A DNA stretch of 64,000 nt. Source: a virus. Taxonomy: Duplodnaviria > Caudoviricetes. The notes under the pieces are model-generated. The model ran no database searches and was not told the origin of the DNA. It saw only the letters and a program-made list of their open reading frames with translations. The DNA lies in the IMG/VR virus record IMGVR_UViG_3300032295_002257, positions 1 to 64,000 of that record; one strand, given 5' to 3'. Below are positions 29,113 to 37,600 of the stretch, in pieces; position 1 is the stretch's first letter, and every line of letters starts with the position of its first letter. Position numbers and translations under genes: made by a program.

Positions 29113-30044
29113 AGATTATTAATCTTGGTTAGAATCAAATCATCCCAACCTGTTTGTGTTTGTGTTTTAATTAATTCGTTTACTTTTTGAAATCCCATTT
29201 CTCCTGCATCTTTATCCGATGGGATTATATTTTTTACTGTAATTCCATTCTTAATAAAATAATCAGCATGTTTAGTAGAATCATCAATAGCATCGGAATC
29301 CAATAAAATATTAATTTCCTTAACTCCTTTTTCTCTAATTTTGTTTTTTAGTTTATTAAGTAAGAATTTACCCAACATAGGAATTGCATTTCTTTTAACT
29401 GAAAATGAATCAAATACACCCTCTACTAATGTTATTGGTTCATTCCAATTAATCATATCTTCAAATACAATAACATCTCTATTAACGGGTGGATTCTTAT
29501 ACTTCATTTTCTCATCCTCATAAAAAGAACGAGCTACAAAGTAGTTAAGTTCACCACTCTCATCATAGGACGGTATAATAATTCTACCACCATATAATCC
29601 ATCTTCACAATATCCAATGTTGTATTTTACAATATCTTTTGCGGTTATATTTCTATTTCTAAGATATGCTATAGCATGATTATATAATGGATTAAATCCC
29701 TTTGGTTTTATATATAATTGCTTGAATTCTTTTGGTAAGAATAGTTTAGGTTCTTCTTCAGTAAATGTGGAATTGGTTTCAATATCACCATAGATGTCCT
29801 TCAATTTTGATATTGAACGAATATCTACATTAAGTTTACGAAGTAGAGAATTTATCGTTCTACCTTTAGCGTTACAAACCCAGCAATGCCAGTTTTGATT
29901 ATCTAAGTTAATTTGAAGTTTTTTCTTATGGTGATGGCAGAATGGACAGTGGTGTGCTTGCTCATTACCTTTAAGGGATGAACCTACGCCTAAAGCGTCA
30001 TCTAATATGTTGATTACCACTAACTTCTGCTTTCCACTTAGCAT
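29109..30044 (-). CDS. DNA primase (Zn finger plus TOPRIM)
   Basis: CPFC...WHCWVC zinc finger, GRIIIP, KYKNP, LVEGVFD and LDSDA. Confidence 0.88.
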   Translation of the reverse strand: MLSGKQKLVVINILDDALGVGSSLKGNEQAHHCPFCHHHKKKLQINLDNQNWHCWVCNAKGRTINSLLRKLNVDIRSISKLKDIYGDIETNSTFTEEEPKLFLPKEFKQLYIKPKGFNPLYNHAIAYLRNRNITAKDIVKYNIGYCEDGLYGGRIIIPSYDESGELNYFVARSFYEDEKMKYKNPPVNRDVIVFEDMINWNEPITLVEGVFDSFSVKRNAIPMLGKFLLNKLKNKIREKGVKEINILLDSDAIDDSTKHADYFIKNGITVKNIIPSDKDAGEMGFQKVNELIKTQTQTGWDDLILTKINNL

Positions 30045-30062
30045 GTATAGAATATTATACCA

Positions 30063-30094
30063 TAAAGATACGAAAAATATCCCAAAATACCAAA
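30063..30094 (-). promoter_or_regulatory. Bacteroidota-type sigma70 promoter (proximal)
   Basis: TTTG-N20-TATCTTTA upstream of primase. Confidence 0.7.
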
Positions 30095-30141
30095 TTATTT
30101 AGTAGTATTTATTGGGTATTAATCGCATATAAAATTATCCG

Positions 30142-30173
30142 TAAATATACGAAAAATATCTGATATATCCTAA
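30142..30173 (-). promoter_or_regulatory. Bacteroidota-type sigma70 promoter (distal, tandem)
   Basis: TTAG-N20-TATATTTA, preceded by the same ttttcg as the other copies. Confidence 0.55.
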
Positions 30174-30175
30174 TC

Positions 30176-30376
30176 TTAGTGGTTGGAGTTTTTTACATCT
30201 CTAAGAAATTGCTCTAATTTGGCAATATCCTTCTTCAATTCATCTTTTGGAATAGTGTAATCCAATTTAAATTGAAAATCTTTAAGTGAGTTAGCTGCTA
30301 CTGATAATGCATCTTCTTTGGAGTTTAAAAAAGAATGCGAAATCTTGTATTTACTTGCAATCTGGTCTAATGTCAT
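30176..30376 (-). CDS. Hypothetical protein
   Basis: 66-aa ORF with an ATGA overlap to the upstream gene. Confidence 0.55.
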   Translation of the reverse strand: MTLDQIASKYKISHSFLNSKEDALSVAANSLKDFQFKLDYTIPKDELKKDIAKLEQFLRDVKNSNH

Positions 30377-30795
30377 AACTTTGGTGTGTTTATTGTGTCC
30401 TTCCTAAAAAACTTACCCAATATGTTTTCGTTTATTGAGTTTTCATTTGAAAGAACATTATGTTTAAATTGATAATATACTTCTAAATAAGATAGGGCTT
30501 TTTTAGAATAGCAAAATTCAATAATTTCTCTTTTGAATTCTTCTTCCTTCCCTTCTTTAATTTGCTCCTTTATCCACTCATTCGATGAGTAGTATTTTTC
30601 CCAATCGGATGCTTTCCTAACCACTCTTTTTCTAACCTTTCCTTTAAGTGGTTTTAATCTCCTAACTGCAGTTAATGATTTTTTACCAATATAGAATCTA
30701 TTGGTTGGGATGTGAGTTATGACATATACAAATCCAATGGCACCCTCTGGCACCATTTCCTCCGTAACTTCTTTTCCATTATGTAACCAATTCAT
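30373..30795 (-). CDS. GIY-YIG endonuclease (T4 endonuclease II-like)
   Basis: GFVYVIT...FYIGKK, WEKYYSS and LEVYYQF...NENI. Confidence 0.8.
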   Translation of the reverse strand: MNWLHNGKEVTEEMVPEGAIGFVYVITHIPTNRFYIGKKSLTAVRRLKPLKGKVRKRVVRKASDWEKYYSSNEWIKEQIKEGKEEEFKREIIEFCYSKKALSYLEVYYQFKHNVLSNENSINENILGKFFRKDTINTPKL

Positions 30796-30798
30796 TAT

Positions 30799-30996
30799 TT
30801 ATTTTTTAGGAGTTGCGCTATAAAGCTTTCCACCAATCTCACCACCTCTAGCTCTTTTTAAAGCCTTTTGGTCTGTAGATAAATCTTTAGATGGTTTGTA
30901 TGTATTTTGTGCACCTATTGGTTCTGGGTCACCACCTCTTTCATTTACCTTAGCCGTAGTTGGTTTTTGGTTTTTGTATAAATCTAGTATTGCCAT
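30799..30996 (-). CDS. Small basic hypothetical protein
   Basis: 65-aa ORF with a late motif upstream. Confidence 0.55.
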   Translation of the reverse strand: MAILDLYKNQKPTTAKVNERGGDPEPIGAQNTYKPSKDLSTDQKALKRARGGEIGGKLYSATPKK

Positions 30997-31013
30997 AGTA
31001 ATTCTTATTTGTA

Positions 31014-31022
31014 TATAAATAT
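31014..31022 (-). promoter_or_regulatory. Putative late promoter motif ATATTTATA
   Basis: Intergenic, upstream of the start at 30996. Confidence 0.55.
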
Positions 31023-31038
31023 CTAATTAATTTATTTA

Positions 31039-31743
31039 TTAATCTTTTTTCCATCCACCACCCAATTCTTTATATTTCTTTGCAGCCCATCCGTTTGCGT
31101 ATGCTGATGGATATACATCGAATTTTTGTTTAGCTTGAGATTTTGCATAAGACCATTTTTCCGGGTCAGTTGGTGTATTTTTTTCTAAAAATAGATTTAG
31201 TTTTTGCTCTACAGTTAATTTCATACTTTCGTTTTTATTTTTACCTGCACAATGTGCTTTTTGTGAGAATCCTTTTGGGTTAGAACAATTAATTGAATCT
31301 TTGTATTTCTGAGACCAATCTTCATTTACTCCAGTCTTTACAAATGTAGGTTTCTGTCCTTTCTTTTGCTCACCACCTTTTTTAGCATCTCCTGCATCTT
31401 TTTGTGCGGCTCTTTTTCTTTTTACAAATGATGCTCTACCATCTTTACCCAACTTAGCAGCCTTTTCATTTGAAAGACATGCTGCATAAGCTGAACCCTC
31501 TTCACTATCCCCACACTTACCCGTTTTCTCTCCTTTACTATTATATCTATCCCATCCACCCGTCTTACCTTTACCAAACCATTTACGAAGGTCTTCACTA
31601 ATTGGTGTATTATCAGTTCCACACTTATGACAAGTATATGGATTATCACCACCATCGGATATATTCCAAGTCCAATGGCATTTATCGCAAATCACTTTGC
31701 CGCCATCTACCTTTTCGTTTAATATATCTTTTAACTTAATCAT
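31039..31743 (-). CDS. MIKL-leader polyprotein of four small basic modules
   Basis: MIKLKDILNE | CDKC..CHKC Zn ribbon | ISE-DLRKWF..GGW | VNE-DWSQKYKDSINCSNPKGFSQKAHC | FLE-KNTPTDPEKW..KFDVYPSAYANGW. Confidence 0.7.
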   Translation of the reverse strand: MIKLKDILNEKVDGGKVICDKCHWTWNISDGGDNPYTCHKCGTDNTPISEDLRKWFGKGKTGGWDRYNSKGEKTGKCGDSEEGSAYAACLSNEKAAKLGKDGRASFVKRKRAAQKDAGDAKKGGEQKKGQKPTFVKTGVNEDWSQKYKDSINCSNPKGFSQKAHCAGKNKNESMKLTVEQKLNLFLEKNTPTDPEKWSYAKSQAKQKFDVYPSAYANGWAAKKYKELGGGWKKD

Positions 31744-31750
31744 ATGTATC

Positions 31751-31759
31751 TATAAATAT
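31751..31759 (-). promoter_or_regulatory. Putative late promoter motif ATATTTATA
   Basis: 7 nt upstream of the start at 31743. Confidence 0.55.
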
Positions 31760-31762
31760 AAG

Positions 31763-32641
31763 TTATGTATCAAAACGAATTATAAAATTTAATGGATAAT
31801 CAGGCAAAGATTTTATTGGCTGTGGTAACTTTGCTACTGCTACCATATTCATTTCATTATCATACAATCCTATTGTGGTAATATAAGGTGTTAAATATGA
31901 ACCAGTTGGGTCATTAGATGCACTAAAATCATATTCCCAAAAAAGTGGATTTACTTTTGCTGATTTGATATTGAAAAAACTACCTGTGTATTTTTGTTTT
32001 GTAATTGGGTCATCCAATATAGCGGTTACCAATTCAGAATCTATATCAGTTAATGCAGTTGGATTGGTTGATGCGTTGAACTCACTTTCTAATACTGATA
32101 TGAATATTTCGTTTTCAAATATGGTTTTAGTAGAACGGAATTGTAATGAATAATCCGTAAACGATGAACCACTTTGGATATCTTTAGTTGCTATAACAAA
32201 TCCCCTATCATACAATATGTTACCTTTGATATTACTAGCAGAATCTATAAGATTTGAAAATCCATCATCCGTATAAGTTACACTACCAGTTGTTAATGTT
32301 AAACTACCTGGCTTAATACCTTCACCATAATATATTTGTGGTATTGAAAATAATGCGAATTGGGATTCTAAATTTCTTTCAGTTGTAGATGAATATGATT
32401 TCCTTCTACCAACTTCAGTCATAATAGATGCCGTTGCTGAGTTTCTATAAAATTGAGCTTCAATAGAACGATAGATTACTCCTCTAATATCATTAGCATC
32501 AGTAGCATCAAAATCTCCAAATGAACCAGATAATCCCCACTTTACATCCACTTCATCTTTATCCGTTTCAGTAAATGCCCATTCTTTATAAACCTTAAAG
32601 GGTCTTATAACAATATCCGATTTTGGTATTTCTTTTAACAT
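31763..32641 (-). CDS. Virion structural protein (baseplate/fibre-attachment type)
   Basis: C-terminal YITTIGLYD...VAVAKLPQPI is shared with the 32727 gene. Confidence 0.55.
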   Translation of the reverse strand: MLKEIPKSDIVIRPFKVYKEWAFTETDKDEVDVKWGLSGSFGDFDATDANDIRGVIYRSIEAQFYRNSATASIMTEVGRRKSYSSTTERNLESQFALFSIPQIYYGEGIKPGSLTLTTGSVTYTDDGFSNLIDSASNIKGNILYDRGFVIATKDIQSGSSFTDYSLQFRSTKTIFENEIFISVLESEFNASTNPTALTDIDSELVTAILDDPITKQKYTGSFFNIKSAKVNPLFWEYDFSASNDPTGSYLTPYITTIGLYDNEMNMVAVAKLPQPIKSLPDYPLNFIIRFDT

Positions 32642-32659
32642 TCCTTAGTGTATCTTTTC

Positions 32660-32668
32660 TATAAATAT
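32660..32668 (-). promoter_or_regulatory. Putative late promoter motif ATATTTATA
   Basis: Upstream of the start at 32641. Confidence 0.55.
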
Positions 32669-32681
32669 CATTTAAACAAAA

Positions 32682-32701
32682 AACCCCCATTTCTGGGGGT
32701 T
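32682..32701. terminator. Intrinsic terminator hairpin
   Basis: AACCCCCA-tttc-TGGGGGTT flanked by A and T runs; potentially bidirectional. Confidence 0.8.
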
Positions 32702-32726
32702 GTTTTTATCGTTTAACGTTTATCGT

Positions 32727-33959
32727 TTAGTAGCTTAATTTAACTTTTATCAATACTTCCTTATCAAATGATTTAACGATTGGTTGAGAAGTTTTTGCAA
32801 CTGCAATCAATTCATTAGAATCATTGTATAAACCAATAGTTGTGATATATGTTTGAGGGTCTATTTCGAACGATGGTTCTGAAAATGCTCCCGTTGTATC
32901 AACATAAGTTGGATTGTTTGAATAGTTATATTCTCTATTTGTTGCTCTTACAAAGAAATGTTGTGTAGATACATTTTCAGTTCTTCTTGCTTCAAAATCC
33001 AAACCACCACTTATTGAACCAAATAATCTAGAATGGTTATATGCATTAGCTGTAGTTGCTAAACTACCACTTAAGTTTCCTGTTTGTGTGTGACCTGATG
33101 CCGTGCTGAATGGAACTAATCCAACTACACTACCAATTGCTTCAGGGTTAAGGATGATAATTCCTCTATCAGGATAAAATGTTCCATATCCTTTACTATT
33201 TGCAGGTGCAATTCTATTTGTAATAGTTGCTTCGTTTTGTGTTCCGATGTTTAAAGAACCAGATACAACAGTAAACACTCTACCAGCTTTACCAAATGTA
33301 TCACCGAATTTCTTACCACTATCATCGATAAATGTAAAGAATCCGTTTGAACCTGATAAAGTCAATGACCAGTTACCTGCATCCATTTCTTCTCTATATC
33401 TAGCTCTATTTAATGTAATAGCGTAGATAGAATCAGAATCAGCCAATGTTCCAGCTGAACCTGTTTCGAATTGGAATTTAGCAGTTGGATCATTCAATAA
33501 CATTGAACGATATTGAGCGTATGTAGATTTTGTTGCTAATAATGCGTTATCATCAGAAGATAATTGTGTAGAACCACTTGCATTGATATTACCATATGCA
33601 ACTGCAAATTGAACTTCAGCCGTATCGGAATTCGTTACAGGATGCTTATCATATACATTGTAATAAAATTGTCCACTATTTTCAGTTCTAGCTTGAGTAG
33701 ATGATGTAAAAAATTGTGTAAGAGAACCCGAACCATTTGACCATATACCCGTAGTTACTATTTCAATTTTAGCATTTACTTTATCAAAGTCACCAAATCT
33801 TTTATAGATACCAGTTGATATACCAGCCCCTACACTTAGTTGAGAGCCCGCAGGTAATGCGGAGTTTAAAATCGATATTAATTGGTCGGTATCGATTTGT
33901 CCCGTATTTGCCAAATCTCTAATCTGGGCGGTTACATTAGGATCAATAATTTGTGCCAT
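32727..33959 (-). CDS. Virion structural protein, paralog of 31763-32641
   Basis: C-terminal YITTIGLYND...IAVAKTSQPI; Ser/Thr/Gly-rich. Confidence 0.55.
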   Translation of the reverse strand: MAQIIDPNVTAQIRDLANTGQIDTDQLISILNSALPAGSQLSVGAGISTGIYKRFGDFDKVNAKIEIVTTGIWSNGSGSLTQFFTSSTQARTENSGQFYYNVYDKHPVTNSDTAEVQFAVAYGNINASGSTQLSSDDNALLATKSTYAQYRSMLLNDPTAKFQFETGSAGTLADSDSIYAITLNRARYREEMDAGNWSLTLSGSNGFFTFIDDSGKKFGDTFGKAGRVFTVVSGSLNIGTQNEATITNRIAPANSKGYGTFYPDRGIIILNPEAIGSVVGLVPFSTASGHTQTGNLSGSLATTANAYNHSRLFGSISGGLDFEARRTENVSTQHFFVRATNREYNYSNNPTYVDTTGAFSEPSFEIDPQTYITTIGLYNDSNELIAVAKTSQPIVKSFDKEVLIKVKLSY

Positions 33960-33978
33960 TTTTTATATATTTTTTATT

Positions 33979-34608
33979 TTATACTGTTGCTTTATAAGTT
34001 ATTGTTACAGGGATAGTTTGTGAACCACCAGTCTCATTACCATAAACAGTGATTGTTGTAGAAACATCCAATGTTAATTGTGGGTTTGGTGTAAATCTAA
34101 ATTCTAAACCACTTACTACCTGTGCGGTTGAAGATATTTCATCTCCTAAGAATACCGGCGTAGTTGCTGCTGAAGTTGCTCCTCTAGTTACAGTAAGAGT
34201 TCCCGCAGATTGGTCAGCCAATATCATTGTATAACCTGCACCTGTGTTTCCAGCTGGAGATGTTGTTGGAGTTAATCCTACACCACCTTCACTTTGGTTA
34301 GCACTAATAGATGGAATACCCAATCTTACAGTTGGAATCTGAGTTGTTCCTTTTGGTAAGGTTACTAACTTATATCTTAATATCTGCGTTTCATCAGGAG
34401 ATGCTTCCGTAACCGGAATCGCTCTGATTGCTGAATCGTAAAATGCAGAACCTTTTGGATGAGCTGCTTCATAAAGTGTATAATCCACCTCATCATCACC
34501 TAATGCAAATTTTGTAATATTAAGTGCTTGACCAGATGCTAACTTTTGTCTACCTTTTTTGGTAAGAATAGCATCTACAATTACTTCTGTGTTGTTTAAA
34601 TATCCCAT
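33979..34608 (-). CDS. Virion structural protein resembling a tail-collar fibre N-terminal domain
   Basis: AILTKKGRQKLA...ITKFALGDDE motif. Confidence 0.5.
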   Translation of the reverse strand: MGYLNNTEVIVDAILTKKGRQKLASGQALNITKFALGDDEVDYTLYEAAHPKGSAFYDSAIRAIPVTEASPDETQILRYKLVTLPKGTTQIPTVRLGIPSISANQSEGGVGLTPTTSPAGNTGAGYTMILADQSAGTLTVTRGATSAATTPVFLGDEISSTAQVVSGLEFRFTPNPQLTLDVSTTITVYGNETGGSQTIPVTITYKATV

Positions 34609-34628
34609 ATTATGTGTCTTTTATATTC

Positions 34629-34637
34629 TATAAATAT
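34629..34637 (-). promoter_or_regulatory. Putative late promoter motif ATATTTATA
   Basis: Upstream of the start at 34608; a further ATAAATA copy lies near 34654. Confidence 0.55.
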
Positions 34638-34665
34638 ATAGTTTTTTTATTTTAATAAATAAGTA

Positions 34666-37600
34666 TTAATCAACCTCCAATATCGGTTCACCACTACCTC
34701 TACCAGTCTTAGCCACTCTAAGAATGTTAGGATTAGTTGTAAATGTTTCTACTGCAGGTAATCCGTCAGGGGTTGTTGTTGCGGTTTGTTGAGAACCTAT
34801 GAAGTAAGATCTTTCCAATCCCGTAGATAATCCATTTGTATAACGATAGTGTGTATGGAAATAACCTTTCAATTCAGTTACATTGGTAACCCCATTACCA
34901 ACAGATACACTTCCATTAAATGGAATAATAGATACCACATTTTTCTTAAATGTAGTAGGGGTATCTTCTAATAATAATGGTTCATTTGGATTGGTTTGAG
35001 TTAGAACATTTTTAGTTTCTGTCAATTCAACCAAAAATATGTTACTTCTAGATTGACTTACATTTCCTTCCAAATCGGTAAATCTTTTATATTGAGTAGT
35101 TCCGTTTGGTGCATATAATCCATATCCTAAATTGGCTACTGAATTTTTATCCATACCAACTGCTTCATATTTTCCAATACTTTCATATTCTGCTAAAAGC
35201 GTTTCTCCTATAGAAAATTCAATAGAGGCGTCATATGTAGGGTATTCACCATCCAATAATTCTTCAGTATTATAATCTATAGTTGTATCATATCCTGCGT
35301 TTTCACCAACTATTTCAGTTTCATCATTTTGATAAATAATACCATCATAATTTGCTATATCAAATCCCAAAGTTGCATCAATTCTCTCCACAACTTCTCC
35401 CTCAAATGTAGGGTAATCCGATACAAGGTTTACATTTTCATCAACATTTATTTCTGAATTATGGTCACCCCTTACCGCAGTTGGTTTATCCCAACGAGTT
35501 TTGTTTCTTTCTAAATAGTGTGGTTCTATTAATAATCCTTTAGATATTTTTGCTCTAGCAGGTGCCATATCAGCAAGAACATCAAAAAGAGATTTATTAA
35601 TATATCTAACTAATTGAATATATTCGTTTATATCTCTATCTAATCTTTCAAAATAGTATTCTCTTAAATCATCTAATTGTTTGTAGGAATCTTTATAATC
35701 ATCCGATGGGTCACCAATATAGTTATCAATATTAAAATCACCAAATGCTCTTAATATATCCATATTCAACTCTTTAATTGGAGAGAAGAATAATCCCAAA
35801 CGATTTGAATCTGTTGGGGATTTATCAAAAGATTTTTTAGTTACTCTTTGCTTATATGATAAAGATGCAGTATAATTAGAACCTGTTAATTCTTGTCCAG
35901 CTAAATTGAATTGAGATTCAAAACGAATTTTATTAGAAACATTAAAACCTAAAGAAGGAACTTTTGCAGTTACTGTTCTATCATATGGAACATAATGATA
36001 TGGATATATGGTAGTAGATGGATTACTTGGTAAATCAGTTCTAGTTGGGTAAAAATTACTTGCCGTAGCAAATGGTTCACCATATCCCTCATTTATTGCC
36101 ACATTTAAAATATTTGGGAAAGATACTCTATCTCTTGGATATTCAAAATCTAAACGGAAATATAAATCTGCCGTAGACGAACTATAGTTGTTACCATTTA
36201 TAGCATCAGGAAATAATGTATGATTATCAAACTTATCGATTTCTAATGGAACTCTCCATAAACGGAATTCATCTAAGTTTCCGTTAAAATTATTACCCAT
36301 TGATAATGTAGAATTGGTTACCCAATCACTACCAGATGGTGATACTAACAATGATAAACTTGAAGTAATAAGTATTCTATTACCATCACCTGTTTTTAAA
36401 TATACATCAAAAGTTTCATCACCACTATCAGTATTTCTATTTATAAGAACATTACTATAATAATCTGGTCTTAACTGAAATTCTGCACTTTGTGTATAAT
36501 CATTTCCAATACTAAACCCAATTACAGAAGAAGTAGCTGATGATGTTATTGCTAATGAAAAATTAGAAGATTGTAAAATTTTAAATGAACTTGTAGTATC
36601 AGGCTTAAACATAAACTCTATAGCCTGCGGATAATCTGCTGTTGGATAATTTGTGTTTGCAGGTATTTCTTTCCAAGGTATTAAAACTGATGCACTTCCT
36701 TGCATTCTAATAGCTGCCGTTCTATCATCAAATGTAAATTCACTAACTCCACCTTTTGTTGGATCTTGCGGTCCGCCAAATTCCATTATTGTTAACATAG
36801 ATTGTGGAACACCATAGCAAGCCATAATAGCTTTCATAGCCCTTCCAGTTCCTTTATGTTTTAATAGGTATGGTAAGTTGTTTAGGATTCTTCTCCAAAC
36901 TTGATTGTTTGCATCTTCCAATGAAGTTGAGTATTTTGGATAACCTTCTTTAGATTGTCCAAATGCATACTCCCATAGGAATTGAGAATCAAATGCTCTC
37001 TTTCCCTCCCAACCAAAAGATTTTAATATGTTCCAAACAAAATTCTTAGGAACTCCTTTCAAACCTGCTTCATCCAATTTTCTCATTTTGGTTAAAGCAT
37101 TTATGTAAACCCAAATAGTATCAAAGTGCTGTCCTATCATATCCAAGAACAACATAAAATCATTATTTTCCGAATTTACATATATAAACTCAGGTATATT
37201 GTTTACTATATAATTTGGATTGTATTTATCATATTCAGTTGCTGCAGCTAATAAAGATTCATACCAACCCACTACATCAATATAGTCCGTTGGGTATAAC
37301 AAATATGTTGGTTGTCCTAAATAGCCTGGAGTTGAATATTTTGGATATGCTAAAACATTTAAATCTTTATATAAAAATAATTCAAATCCATCGAAAGCTC
37401 TTAATATACCATTTAAAGAATCTAATGTTTTTTGAGCCTCTATTCCTTCTGTTGGATTACGAAATACAAATGTTTCTATTTCGAATTGTAAAAATCCACC
37501 ATCTTCGGAAGAATCATCCGTAAGTAATAATTCCATAGCTTCCGTTAACACAACACCATTTATTGTTGTTCCTGTTAAACTTGCTAATTTATTTTTATAT

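Noticed and set aside
30373-30795. GIY-YIG gene as a mobile homing endonuclease or intron
   Set aside because: Short, with no DNA-binding extension and not interrupting a gene; it fits a core endonuclease II-like nuclease better.
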